Part shown: piece by piece, positions 1-13,258 of the stretch
How the letters are laid out: every line of letters begins with the position of its first letter
Numbering within the stretch: the stretch's first letter is position 1
Assembly (NCBI GenBank): GCA_001938485.1
Contig: MQRK01240826.1
Span: 1 to 57,990, forward strand
Length of the DNA stretch: 57,990 bases
Direction: 5' to 3'
From: Girardia tigrina
Taxonomy: Eukaryota
Translations under genes and position numbers: made by a program
The notes under the pieces: model-generated
Seen by the model: only the letters and a program-made list of their open reading frames with translations
Database searches by the model: none
Told to the model about the DNA's origin: nothing

Positions 1-769
1 GAAAATAATTATATATATATATACATATATCATAACGCAACATATTTACATATATATATTCATATATACATATATATATATAATTATATAGATAAATTTA
101 GATAAAATTATTTTTTTTTAATTCATTCTGAAACAACTTATCTAAAATATAAATTAGATTGAATCAAATTGTTTTAGGATCATTTTCTAAAGTGACATTT
201 ACAAATATATACGCATTTTTTGTGACTAATTACAATGAATCATATTTGTATTAATAATAATCAAGATATATGTATAAATAAATAAATAAATACATTAATA
301 AATAAACAAATACGAAATAACCAAAAGTTGAAATAATAAACAAATAATATAATAAATAAATAATATAATAGATAAATAATATAATAAATAAATAAGTAAA
401 TAAATACATTAAAGATTAAATAATTTATTAAAATATTTTTTAAAAAAATCTAATTTAAAGCATTGAAAATCCGGTTTAAGCATCCTAATGATTACTTATA
501 TAAATGTGAGTATTAATTTTAAGAATATGTCTGGACTCAAACAGTCATTTTTCCAATATTAGTTTTCTATTCTATTACCTCTTTATCTAGTTAAACTTCA
601 TTTACTAAGTGATAACTAGTAAATCAAAAAATTAATTTTTTATATCCATTCTTTATGTAGACAGAACTCTACTTTGCCAACAAAGTTTTAAAGTTTAAAA
701 ACTTTTAATTAAAAAAACACAATAAAAATTAATATAAACTACTTATAATTGCAATTATTTATATCTTGC

Positions 770-1208
770 AATTAATATATCGGAAGTTCTCCAATTCCGA
801 TTATCTAGCGTTACCACCACGAAAAGATCTTCGATTTAGATTCATTGCTTTGATAACAGACTTTTATGTGATCCATCGTCGAAAAACAGTTTCATTAATA
901 TTATATAGTCTTGCAGCTTCCCCTATGTTTCCTAACTGACGAGCTAATTCAATAATTTCTTTTTTCTTTACTGAACTAAAATATCTTCATTGTTTCTTTT
1001 CTTTTTATTCAGAATCGTTATCCATTTTAATCCAAGATTCAAAACAGTACAATAAACAATGTAAACAATATAAACAATTAAAACAAAATGGTTATTGTCA
1101 CTGTGACATTTGTTTTTTAATGATAGGTTGTTGATTTTAAAATCATGTGTCATCAACGCAAATGGTGCAGCTAATACGCGCTGCAGCTTATGCTTGGGAT
1201 TTTACAAT
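770..1208 (-). mobile_element. pogo-like DNA transposon 5' remnant (TIR + Brinker/CENPB-type HTH N-terminus, decayed)
   Basis: Minus strand reads KKEIIELARQLGNIGEAARLYNINETVFRRWIT*...RRSFRGGNAR*SELE, a pogo N-terminal HTH pattern. A pogo-like end TA|TTGTAAAATCCCAAGCATAAGCTGCAGCGCG lies at ~1176-1210. Confidence 0.6.
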
Positions 1209-1307
1209 AATTAATAATTATTATTCGAGAAATTTAATGTTAAGCGTGAAAATATGTCATAAAAGAAGGTACTTTTAAAAGAAATTGTAGATTTACAACG
1301 AGAATTA

Positions 1308-2626
1308 AGGTGTGTCCACTAAAAAAGTGCACAAGTTTTAAAACCACCATAACTTTTTAATGTAATATTATTTAATTTCGTAAATATGGAATTTAAATAT
1401 TTGTTTTAATAGGTTAGAAATAGTAAAGCAGGTATTTAAAATTTTTGGTTTAATATATTTTATTTTAGAGACAATTATAATGATTTCAAAACGACATGAA
1501 GATATAATCAATTTTTTCAAAACGCACAGTAAAAGTGAGACTGTGACAAAGTTTACTGGCATTCATTTTTCCAGAAGANNNNNNNNNNNNNNNNNNNNNN
1601 NNNNNNNNNNNNNNNNNNNNNNNNNNNNNNNNNNNAGGAAGTGGAAGGAAACCTGTTAAAATGACGTCAGACAAAAGGAAGAGACTTCTGCAGCGTGCAA
1701 CTTTGACTGTTGGACAAAGTGTGAGAAAGTTAGGTAGAGAAATGAATGTTTCAAATTCTTACGTGCATAAGATGCTCAAGACTAATAACATAGTGGTTTC
1801 TAAAGAGGAAAGAAACCCAAAAGGTTACTCCGACACAGATTATTCGCCAGAAAGCCAGGTTGCAAAATCTCGCTAAAATTGTTGTGGAAAAGACCTAAAC
1901 CGACTTTGTACTTGATGATGAGTCGTATTTTACACTCATCGGAGCAATGACATAGGGTTATTATGTGGACCAAAAGAATGTCGGGGATGTACCTGATAAT
2001 ATTCGCCTTAAATTTCGAGAGAAATTCACAATAAAAGTTTTGGTTTGGGCAACTGTTTCCAGACGAGGCACTTCAAACCTGTACACCAGGAAATGGAAAT
2101 CTGTAGCTTCTAATTCGGATATTTATATCTCCGAGTGCTTAACGAAGCGTTTGCTTCCTTATCTGAATGAGAAATACCCAGTTGGTCACTTCATCTTCTG
2201 GCCAGATCTTGCTTCTTGTCACTACGCCAAAGCAAGTCTGAAGTGCTTAGAGGACAACAAAATTCCATTTATCAAAAAAGATTCGAATCCACCTTATGCT
2301 CCCCAAATACGCCCAATTGAAAAGTTTTGGGCTCATTTAAAGGAGAAGGTGTATGAAAAGGGTTGGACTGCCGATTCTGAAGACCAGTTGATTCACAGAA
2401 TCAAAACTAAAGCAAAGCAGTTTAACAATTTATATATTAACATTATTTGCAAATTTTAGACATAGAATAATGCTTGCTAACTCTTATGGCCTTAATAGTT
2501 TGATATAATAAAATAGTTATTGTGTTATTATGATCTAGTCTTTGTTCAGATTTCCATCAATTTGAAGGTCTAATTAAAAAGTTATGATGGTTTTAAAACT
2601 TGTGCACTTTTTTGGTGGACACACCT
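1308..2626 (+). mobile_element. IS630-Tc1-mariner element, DD37E (ITmD37E-like), near full length, transposase disrupted
   Basis: ~55-bp TIRs AGGTGTGTCCAC...CATAACTTTTTAAT at both ends, flanked by TA. Motifs VLDDESYF, FWPDLASCHY and NPPYAPQIRPIE with 37 residues between D and E. Frameshifts/stops and an N-gap inside. Confidence 0.9.
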
Positions 2627-3484
2627 TATGTATTAGTATTAGTATTTGAACAATGTCATTTAATTAAATATTTTAAACTCAAATTCTATATAATGACAAT
2701 TTAGAAAAACTTCTGTCAGCTTAACTTGTTGTCATGCCAAAATTATACACATTTTTGACATATTTATTGTAGGAGAATATCAAATATTTAATATATTTAA
2801 CACAGGGGAATCAACAAAATATATGACTGTCCGGATTTTGTCCGGGTTTTTTTTCAATTATTGTCCTCCTACCGGTTTTATTCATCCAATCACCCTAGAA
2901 TAAACGAATTAAAAATATATACCATTTGTATTTCAATTTCATTTTTTAGCATTTCAATTTCATTTTTTTGCAAATCAAATTCAATTTTCAGTCAAAATAA
3001 AAAACACCCAAACAAAACAAAAAAAACAATTAATTCTGTATACCATTTTTTATTAACTTTTATTTTTTTCTTAAATCGGATTAAATTTCAATAAAAATAA
3101 AAACACACAAGAACACTAACAAAAACAACGAGAAAAATTTAATGATGCATATATTCGAGACCTGCTGCACTATTTGTCATGTTGTAAACAATATAAGAAA
3201 AATATCTTGAACAATCTGCCTCACTAAATTGACCAATCTCATCAAAAATAAGATCTTCCAACAACAAACTTTCTCCATTTCCTATTCACACTCTGAGACC
3301 CGTCTTTACTTTGGAAAACGCATTCTCAATCGGACTGACCATATAAGAGTAGGGTGACAAAAAAAAAGAAATATCCAAAATCACTTGTTATGGCTGCAAG
3401 ACAATTTTGACTGTGAACCCTAGCATTATCAAGAATAAATGTTGCATTTTGCACTCTTTCAATATCTCTTAAATGTGTACAAAA

Positions 3485-6309
3485 CTCTGTATCAACCCTG
3501 AAAAGTGAAAGTTCCTTGTAAATAAGACAAAATATTTAGGATATGCCGTGAGTAAAGATGTCATTGAGACAGATAAAACGAAAATTGAAGCAATAGAAAA
3601 ATTTCAAAGTCCTTCATCCATTAAACATTTAAGAAATTTCTTGGGGTTAACAAAATATTATAGAAAATTTTTGAAGGATTGTGCAAAATATTCAAAGATA
3701 CTGGAAGGGCTGTGTGGAAAAAATAAAGATAAAAAATTGACATGGACAAAGGAATGTGATGAAGCATTTCAGACATTACAAGATAAAATGACAAAAACAT
3801 ACCATATCCAGATTTCGAAAAGGAGTTAATACTGGATACAAATGCCAGTTTTGATAAATTATGGGTGGTACTTGCACAAAATGATGCATACGGAAGGGAA
3901 AGAGTAATTGCTTATGGATCCAACAAGAAGAACAAAAACGAACTGGAATACTGTATTACGGGAAAGGAATTATTAGCATTCTATTACTTTACCCAACACT
4001 TCAAACATTTCTTTTACGGAAAGAAGTTTCTACTTAGAACGGACCATAAGACCATCGCATTCATGATGAAAACAAAAAACCCAATAACTCCACAATTCCC
4101 AACTTGGATAAAATTCCTTAGTGGACTAGACATGAGAATGGAATACTGCAAGGGCGAAAAACACACTAATGCAGACACTATGTCGAGAAATACATGTAAA
4201 CTATGTGTACAATGTCAGACAATACATGATGACGCTAAAAAAGGACAAGTTAAAACTAGAATCATTGCATTAACTGAAGATTCAGAAGAGTTCATTTGAC
4301 AGACGAATGATAAAGAAATAGAACAGATTAAAGAAAATATTAGAATGAGAAACACAAAAGAATGTCTACTGAAAAACAATATCATGACGATAATGGATAA
4401 CAAATATATGAACCCTCTGAAGCAGAGAACAGACTTTATAGAAGATATGCATCAAATATTATGCCACGCAGGAAGTAAGAAAGTTTACAATTACGTAAAA
4501 GATGACTTCGATATGTGTTGGGAGCGTTGTTGAGTTCATATAATTTTTGAATTTCAATCTTATCAAATTAATAATTTAACAATTAAATTCCGCAAATATT
4601 GTTATAGATATGTCAAAATAAGATTTTCAGAAATTTAATGTAAAAATTAATTTATGTAAGACATAAAATAAATTTTACGGTAGGTTTATTAAAAGATTTA
4701 TTATAAAGTAAAAAAAAGTTAATTTCAAATTTGATGAAAATATTTAATTAAAATAAAATAAAAAGTAATATAAAGTTTAATATTTTATTTGCGAAATGAA
4801 AAGAAACTAAACTATTTTTTGTAACTTTTATTTTACACGATTAAATCGAAGTAAATTAAAATGTAATTATAATTTTATTTTTTGGAAATTGTAATTGAAA
4901 TATAAATATAATAGTAAAACAATTAAATCGACTTAAATGAAAATGTGATTTTAATTTTATTTTAGGAAACGTAATTATTAATGGAAATATAATTTTATTT
5001 TTTATGTAAAAAAGGGATAATTTAAAAGTTGTTAAATTAAACGAAATTGCGATTTTAAATTCTATTTTCAAAATATTATTTTATTAAATCCAAAGTAATT
5101 TTTAAAACTATTATGAAAACGAAATGAAGAATGCTATTGTATAGAATTGGGAAATTTAATTGAGAAACAGGTAAATTTAAAGGTACAATAAAATTGAAAT
5201 TTAATAAAAGACGCAACAAAATCTTTGTGACAAAATTTTAATAAATTCACTTTATAATTTTTTATTAAAAAAAGTATATTATTTTAATTAGTAAAAAATA
5301 CAATAACCGTATTTATATTTATATCAACTCTTATTTATAATGGTTTGTGTAAAAAGAAAGTGCAAAGTTCCTCGAAAATATTTGTTTCAAAAAACTCAAA
5401 TTGTGGTAGAAATTAAGTTTTGTGTTAATGACAACGTCTTTTGATCAAGAACCAAATAATATTTATGAAATTAGACAACAGATAAAGAAAATCGCACAAA
5501 GTTGCTCAAACTTCCAGAAAAGGAAGATGCTGACAGCAAAAACAAAAGAGAAACACATTAAACAATCTGCCGACGAACAATTTCAAAAAATTAATATGGA
5601 CTTTTGTGAACCATTCAGAAGGACTATGATTGGATATCAATACATTTTAGCAGTAATCGATCAGTTTAGTAGGTACATCAGCGTGACCGCAGTGGCACAC
5701 CAAGACGAGAACACTACACGAAATGTACTATTGGATAAATGGATTTGGAAATTCGTACCACCAAAGGAGAAACACGTTGATAGAGGGAAAACTTTTGAAT
5801 CAAAACTCTTTAAAGAAACAACGAAAAGATTTAAGACGGAGATAGTCTATTCAAGTCTTTATCATCACAATACTAACGGGATCATTGAAAGACAATTCAG
5901 AACAATAAGAGACGCCATTGATATACGATTAAAGTATGAAATTCATAGAGATTGGATAGAAATGTTGACAGAAATAGTATTCATGTTAAACGGTACAATT
6001 CAAGGAACAACTTGATTATTTCCAGCGGAGATAATCTTCGGAAGAAAACTAAAACATTGGTGGAAAACTAAAACAGAAGGAAAAAATCGAGAAAAAGCAA
6101 ATTAAAATATAATTGAAACAAAATGAATATTTCAGGTCGGAGATAAAGTCTTGATAAAGAAAGTTAACCCATCAAAAAATGATGAACGTTATATGGGACC
6201 AGTTAAAATTATAAAGCAAAGACACGAAGAAGTTATGAGATACAACTAGAGGACGGCAGGATCTTGATCATACATGTAGAATGGCTATAGCCATTTACAC
6301 CGAGGGGGA
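3485..6309 (+). mobile_element. Gypsy LTR retrotransposon pol remnant (RT C-terminus, RNase H, integrase), 5'-truncated, many stops
   Basis: LRNFLGLTKYYRKF (RT thumb); ELLAF...FLLRTDHK...HTNADTMSR (RNase H); HQILCH and YHHNTNGIIERQFRTI (integrase). PPT GAGGGGGA at 6302-6309 directly precedes TG. Confidence 0.9.
4516..5463 (+). mobile_element. AT-rich ~950-bp insertion, probable solo LTR, splitting the integrase zinc-binding region
   Basis: The pol frame breaks after ...VKDDFDM and resumes at YEIRQQIKKI. The insert starts TGTTGGG and TATG lies on both sides, but the 3' end is not a clean CA. Confidence 0.5.
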
Positions 6310-7000
6310 TGTGAGGAATATTTTAAATTGTTTGAATGTGTAAATGTATTGAGGATGTATGCTGATTTAAGTATGTTGAATTTAGAATGGTGATTCTCCC
6401 ACACAGATGGAAATTGGTATTTTTTATTAAAATTAAAGGATTGACTATTCAAACATAATTAAAATAATCATTTTATAAGTTCATATTTTTAATTTCACAA
6501 TTAAAATTAACCCATTACCATACCAGTGATCTCATATGAGATCACTTAAAAATCACACATTTCGTGACTATCTGTCAGTATTTACACATATCTAACCTTT
6601 TTGCTATATCTATTAGAAATATTTCTCTGATATTCAAATGAGGTTTGCTAATTTTTCACTGTAGATTTAACAAAATATAAGTTGAAAATTATTAAAAATA
6701 TTTTAGTTTATAGAATTATGGGAGGTAATGGGTTAAGGTTAATATTTTTTTTAGTAAAGTTTAAATTAGATGCATTTTTAATAATTTGATAATATTTTAT
6801 TATTTTGTGATTTATTAAGAAATGGTAAAAATTATTATTCTTAACTAATATTTTTTAGAAGTTGTACAAAAATTGTACAAAATGACTTAGAAAAAATGTT
6901 CGAATAATCATGATTAAAAATAGAAATAAGAAAACCAATTAGAACGATGGCAAACGGTGAAAGACCTTCTGAGGGTTGTAATGACTCTAAATGTAATTGC
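6310..7000 (+). mobile_element. 3' LTR of the Gypsy element (3' end truncated, MITE inserted)
   Basis: Starts TGTGAGGAATATTTTAAA right after the PPT. Homologous along its length to the reverse complement of 12765-13258. Confidence 0.75.
6511..6732. mobile_element. piggyBac-type MITE
   Basis: TTAA|CCCATTACC ... GGTAATGGG|TTAA. Confidence 0.8.
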
Positions 7001-7699
7001 AATTAAAATTCCAATGGGACTTGTCTAAATGTTCTTAATATTTGTAATGATGGCAATTGCGGTTTGATAATAATACCAAGGATTAGTGTGGCCCATTTTG
7101 TGCTTAATCCTAGATCTTCAACAAGACGAATAAGGGTCAGTCGTCCTGATATCGTCCTGTTCTTTTTGTTGTTTCTTAAAGTTGTATCTTCCGTATTAAG
7201 ATTCATGGGTAAAACAACAAACGTGATTTTTAAATTGAACTTTTATGCTTTTTTGCAGCTTCTAAAAAATTGAAATTGATTTACAAAAAATTGAAATTGA
7301 AATGCAAATGCTATATACAGAAATCGACTAAATTGAAGAATCCACAGAAAAGCGATTTAGCAACATAATTCCGGGACAACAGTTTCATTCCTGAAGAATC
7401 TTTTAAGATGCCAAACAAACAAACAAATGCAGTTTATGAAAACACACCAACAATAATTTTTTTCATTAAACACAAAATGTAAAAATACTTTTAAAACTAA
7501 AATGCAAATATTTGGAGTCTCTACCGACCATTGTGGTAATAAACGGTAATTTTTCTCTGGTAGTTAGAAGATTATAAATATCATCAAATTTATAATATTA
7601 GAATTGATAAACTGAAGATGTTGCTTGAATGTGGGCCTCCCATCTCTTTCAATGGTATTGAGCGGTAGGCTCTTTAGAGGGTACACCACAACTAAAAAG

Positions 7700-8240
7700 C
7701 ACTAGCAGCCCATCGATAGGCCTCCTACAAGGTCGTCAGCTTTCCGCTTACAATGTCTCTTCGAACCCCCAGTAAAAAACGACAAACCATGTTCGGATAT
7801 TCCATGATTTAGCATTCCTTTGGCCTTTCCTGTGGACTTTGAACAGCCAGCGAAAGGACAGTTGAAATTTCCTTTTTCAGATAAATATGTTAAATGGAAA
7901 TTTAGAAGTTCTAAGAAGATTGTTTCCGAGAAATTCGTTGAAACATTCGTATCGACGGTCCTTACCTGAATACAGCTTGTAACTATTATATTGTCTTCCT
8001 TCTTCCTGGTATCGCCGATCAATTTTTTCCTACCACACAAATCGCCATCACACAGTCACCTGCTTTTCTTCTTTGATACTTCTGTTGGATTTGATTGGAT
8101 TGATTTGCTTCTTCCGTGTGATCTGTCTTGTAGTGTCTGGTCAGCCACCCCATAGATGCATAGCTCCTGGAGAAGTACTGACATGGATAAGGTTTCTGCT
8201 TGAATGTACCAAATTGCTGCGTCCCAATTTCCAACGTTTT
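7700..8240 (-). pseudogene. Fragmented ORF with two C2H2-like zinc fingers, probably TE cargo related to the Ginger element at 43 kb
   Basis: KPYPCQYFSRSYASMGWLTRHYKTDH and NFHLTYLSEKGNFNCPFAGCSKSTGKAKGMLNHGISEH. The second aligns by eye with NFRIDNITDKGMFYCQFPHCTKCVYTSKSLQNHW (43820-44104). Confidence 0.5.
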
Positions 8241-8329
8241 GAATATAAATACAATGTGATGCGGCTATTTGCGAACAAAACGATGTTCGTGGGATAAATT
8301 GAATAGACAAAAGAAAAATTTAAATTTAC

Positions 8330-9371
8330 TTTATTAAAGTTCTATATAGATGAACATATACATAAACGATGACATCATTCAATAAACTCGCAATCAGCGA
8401 AAGAATACAGCTTCTTAACTTTCTCGAAACCAACTTATTGCATCCACTAAAACAGCTTGAAGAGCTGAAATAGTGTTGTGAGAGTGACAATGGGTGTCCC
8501 ACTAAACTACACTTCACACATAAAAATCGAACGGATTGACATCTGGTGAGCTGATTGGGCAAACATTAGATGTAACATGGTCGTGAATATCTTCAGCCAT
8601 CCATTCTTGGGTTGTTCTGGCTGTGTGAGATGACTTTAAGTCTTGTTAAAAAACCATATAGTCTTCCACATGCTACTGTTGCTATCCAAGACTTGACAAC
8701 TGTGAACTACATCTCGGTGTAAGTAACGGCATAGACACTGGAATATGAAGTAAAGAAATATGGAAGACTCACATCCAACTTTTACACATCCAACAGTCAT
8801 TTTTGCAATTCACCTTCTGGTTCTGAATAAAATTCTTCTCTCTGACAAAAACCAGTTCATTCTTGAATCTTCAAGATGTTTGAGCTTGTTAGGAAGGTGC
8901 TTGACTCTGGTTATATCATTATCATACATTGGTTCTTTCTGACAGGAACTGTCCTCTCTGCATCACGTATAATTTGTTACAGAGGTTCTCATAAATCACA
9001 CTTCGGATGGTAGTATCATCAACCTGCAGTTCTCTGGCCAGTACCCTCATCCACTTTCTAGGGTCCTTTTTGATTGCAGCTTGGACTCGGCTTATAAAAT
9101 CTGACTGATTCTTCTTGGAAAGTTCATCCACATATTCTTCTTAGCTCTCATTTCACTTCGATTTTTGAATACAAATGATCAAGTGACTCTCAAAAATGTT
9201 GAAAATTTCTAAATCGGTGTGAAGTCATTGAGACAATAACGGCATGACACTTCATTTCTTTTGTAAGGGTAGGTCTTGCAATGTCTACCTATAATAGAAA
9301 AAAATGTTACTATAAAACACGGGAAAGTGTGGTGCTTAAATTGTGGGTTCTCAAATAGCTGCTGCACGTTG
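8330..9371 (-). mobile_element. maT/DD37D-type Tc1/mariner element, decayed
   Basis: FISRVQAAIKKDPRKWMRVLARELQVD...YVMQRGQFLSE; WFLS.EKNF; QD..SSHTARTTQEWMAE...SSPDVNPFDFYV. A TIR-like TA|CAACGTGCAGCAG lies at the right end. Confidence 0.8.
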
Positions 9372-10293
9372 TACGTCGGATGTTTGGAATGAATCTATAT
9401 ACTTTAGTACCATTAAAGATTTGAAGTCAGTAAAAGTTGGCAACCTAAATGTCGAGCATGGACCTGAAACCAACAAACGATGTACCGATCATGTATGAAG
9501 AAAACAAAATTTCCTGCTTAAATTTGCACTGTAGAATATCACCGAGAAAAGAATTTGTAGATAATTTCTCGCCAGCGGTGCGCACTCTGAACTTGTTGCT
9601 TGAATTTAAATGATTCTAAAAATAAAATGCTTTTCATTTATCCATAAGAGAAATTTATTAAACTGATTTTATTGATTGAAAATTGTGTCATTCTCACATA
9701 TTATCTAAAAAATCTGTTACAAAAAACTTCAATAGGGTTCGTTATCATTCTTATCAATAACTGTCTGCATCCCAAAAACAATAAATCTCCCCAGTCATGT
9801 TTTGTATTTTGCAAACTGGCTGAAAAATTATTAAATTTTTAACTTCGAAGTTAAATTGACTTTTGCTAAGATGTGTGAAGAAAGCAAGCATGATGGATTG
9901 CGGTGTAGCAACCGATATTCAGTTTTATGTTTCATTAAGTGCTGACAATATATTCTCGTTCCGCTACCAATTGTCGATTGATAATGTCAAAACCACTTTT
10001 ACTTTAAAATGTTTTATGTAAAACACAGCTGCCGCCAAAATTATATATTTTCAAATTTTGTGACATATGTATTTATACAGATACAAGGCAATATAAATAA
10101 CGTAATAAAGAATCGCACCAATTACAAACAAATCACCTGGGGGAAGCAGTCTAATATTCGTGATGTCCACCTTTAGCCTTGCCAGAGCCGTAGTGAGGGC
10201 GGTCCGAGCGGTGCGGCCGCACCGGGTGCATGGGCGCCAAAATCGCAAAATGACCAATTTTGACTATCAGATCTCTGTAGGCTAATCACTTTA

Positions 10294-11537
10294 TTAGGTG
10301 TACAAGTATGAAATGCGGATTTCAGAAAACGGATTGTGCACAATGCAAAAAGTAGGTCAATGGTTAGGCAATGATGTCATAATATTGAGTAATTATGTAG
10401 TGTCTCNNNNNNNNNNNNNNNNNNNNNNNNNNNNNNNNNNNNNNNNNNNNNNNNNNNNNNNNNNNNNNNNNNNNNNNNNNNNNNNNNNNNNNNNNNNNNN
10501 NNNNNNNNNNNNNNNNNNNNNNNNNNNNNNNNNNNNNNNNNNNNNNNNNNNNNNNNNNNNNNNNNNNNNNNNNNNNNNNNNNNNNNNNNNNNNNNNNNNN
10601 NNNNNNNNNNNNNNNNNNNNNNNNNNNNNNNNNNNNNNNNNNNNNNNNNNNNNNNNNNNNNNNNNNNNNNNNNNNNNNNNNNNNNNNNNNNNNNNNNNNN
10701 NNNNNNNNNNNNNNNNNNNNNNNNNNNNNNNNNNNNNNNNNNNNNNNNNNNNNNNNNNNNNNNNNNNNNNNNNNNNNNNNNNNNNNNNNNNNNNNNNNNN
10801 NNNNNNNNNNNNNNNNNNNNNNNNNNNNNNNNNNNNNNNNNNNNNNNNNNNNNNNNNNNNNNNNNNNNNNNNNNNNNNNNNNNNNNNNNNNNNNNNNNNN
10901 NNNNNNNNNNNNNNNNNNNNNNNNNNNNNNNNNNNNNNNNNNNNNNNNNNNNNNNNNNNNNNNNNNNNNNNNNNNNNNNNNNNNNNNNNNNNNNNNNNNN
11001 NNNNNNNNNNNNNNNNNNNNNNNNNNNNNNNNNNNNNNNNNNNNNNNNNNNNNNNNNNNNNNNNNNNNNNNNNNNNNNNNNNNNNNNNNNNGGTCGATTT
11101 AAACCGTTCGCTGCTTCAAAAAGACCTGAATACCTCAAAAGGCAACACAAGGTTATTCTTCTCCATGACAACGCTTCGTCACATACATCAAAACCGGTTC
11201 GCGCCATGTTTGAGGAAATGAATTTGGAAGTTTTACCTCATGCGGCTTATTCACCAGACTTGGCTCCTTCAGATTACCATTTGTTTGCATCGATGGGTCA
11301 CGCACTTGCTCAGCAGCGCTTTGATTCTTACGAAAATGTGCAAAAATGGGTCGATGAATGGTTCATGGAAAAAAAGGAAGACTTTTACTGTCGAGGTATC
11401 CACAATTTGAGATATAGATGAGACAAATGTATCATTAGTAATGGAGCATATTTTGAATAAAGCTTTTTTTATCGTTCTTTTGTTTTTAACGTATTTCTTT
11501 TTAAAATTTAATCCGCATTTCATACTTGTACACATAA
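10294..11537 (+). mobile_element. mariner, mauritiana (Mos1-like) subfamily; centre lost in an N-gap
   Basis: TA-flanked TIRs TTAGGTGTACAAGTATGAAATGCGGATT at both ends. C-terminus reads RQHKVILLHDNASSH...EVLPHAAYSPDLAPSDYHLFASMGHALAQQRFDSYE. Confidence 0.92.
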
Positions 11538-12764
11538 TATAATAATAATTATAGTAGTCTTTTTTTTTGTTTAATGGCAAAGCATCCATGAATTTATCTG
11601 AATAAATTGATGTTTTCTTATAGCTAGGCAATGCAAGGCTTAAGCATCAATGCTACGTCATAGAGCATGTGAATACGAACGTCCAAAGTCAATTTAATTC
11701 TTTTAAGGCATAATTTGTAGTAGTGAATCTTTTTCGCGCTGGGGGCGCCAGATTTGAACTTCGCACAGGGCGCAATTTTTCCTTACTACGACCGGTGGCG
11801 GTTCTTTGCGGCACGTTCTCTGTCAAATTTCTACATTCCTGAAGTGTGATGATCGAGTTCCACAATTTCTTGATTCTAGAGTCTTGAATAAACCGTTCTT
11901 TGATCACAGACAGATTTATGTCACGAATGAAAATATGGTCAGAAAAAATCTTTTTATTTACGGTTTTGTATTGTGGTCTCTAAAATAAGTCTTGTTTTAC
12001 ACAAAAATAGAAATTTCTTTTAAGCATCAAATTACGTGTTTTGACATTCAAAAATTTTTTAAGAAAATGAGCTACAAATTGTAAAATTCAAAATTCACAC
12101 AAAGAATAAACAGTTTCGTTATGACTGATACGAATCAACAAATTTAAAAGACCCATTTGATCTTTTTCTGTACTCTACCAATTTTAGATGTCTGTTATTT
12201 TCAGACTTTTGTATACTTTTAAAATCATATTTTCCCTGATATTTCATATAATTTATTCATATTCTATAACTGATACTAATTTAGTGCATAAAGAGCATGA
12301 CAATGATACTAAGATTTTTTGACCTGCAAAGTTTTTTTCGAGTTTTTCTAAAAAAATATATTAAGTCTTCTCAAAATACAAAAGCTCATTAACAAAAAAC
12401 ACAGGGGTACTAAAAATAAATAAAAGTGGCATTTTGTCATAACCCTAATGAGGATAGTTTACATCAATTATATTATACTGAAATTATAATTATTTATTTT
12501 TTAAAATATAAAGTTTTTTTAATCTTGTTACAAGAAGTACTGACTGAAATATGTTTAAAGAACTAAAAAGAAGATTTGATTTAACAATCTCGAATGAAAG
12601 ACAATATGTTTTTCTACTTTTTGCTTCTTGTGTAACAATTGAGATATGATTTTCTGTCTTTCTTTTGTTTCAAAACTTAAGAATATAAAAATAATGATTG
12701 AAATGATGCATGTATTGCATGTATGACTCTGTATTCATTGTGGCTATTAGGGACACCAACATGG

Positions 12765-13258
12765 GTTTTCACACATTTATTTTCATCACAGTTTGAATTT
12801 TCTTTTGGACATCTCTCAGCGAAACTCTCGTCATTCGACATCGTTCTAAATTGATAATTTTTTATTAATGTTTGTTAATAAACAATTATTCGAACAAAAT
12901 TTCATTTTAATTGATTTTCAGATTGTATATCAAAAATTCTACTTTTATAATTTCGTTAATAATTTTATTTAAAAATTAATTTCATTTTAAAATGATTTTA
13001 TTTAAAGAAAATATTTATTTAATCAATTTAAAATTAAATTAAAGAATTATTTGCTTTATTAAAATTTTTAATATTCAAATTTTAAACGATTTAATATTTT
13101 AAAGTTTTTTTAAATATCTTATGTTGTAATATAAAATGCAAACTATGCTCGAATAACTATTCATCGTGAGCATTGATAATACCAATTTTCCATCTGGGTT
13201 GGAGAAACACATTTCCAAATACTAAATTCAACATACCAAATTTAAAATATTCCTCAAA
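12765..13258 (-). mobile_element. Solo LTR of the same family as the LTR at 6310
   Basis: Reverse complement shares GAGGAATATTTTAAATT, GTATGTTGAATTTAG, CAGATGGAAA..GGTATT, TGTTCGAATAAT and TTAGAACGATG with 6310-6990. ATGG flanks both sides; termini are degenerate. Confidence 0.7.

Larger units (their letters stand above)
2918..7315 (-). mobile_element. IS630/Tc1-like (Gambol-type) DNA transposon, decayed and interrupted by the Gypsy element
   Basis: Inverted termini (CATTTG[C/T]ATTTCAATTTC...) at ~2918-2990 and ~7260-7315. Minus-strand FILDNARVH and SPIENAFSKVK at ~3300-3440. HTH-like N-terminus at 7003-7206. Confidence 0.65.

Noticed and set aside
10298-11221. Long ORFs spanning N-runs (also 18117-18593, 30001-30252, 1486-1674)
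   Set aside because: Artefacts of translating through assembly gaps.
10183-11797. hAT-like MITE ends surrounding the Mos1-like mariner
   Set aside because: The ends match only partially and no 8-bp TSD could be found.
12740-12764. PBS-like TGGTGTCCC next to the minus-strand LTR
   Set aside because: No tRNA match I can name and no gag downstream; the ATGG duplication favours a solo LTR.
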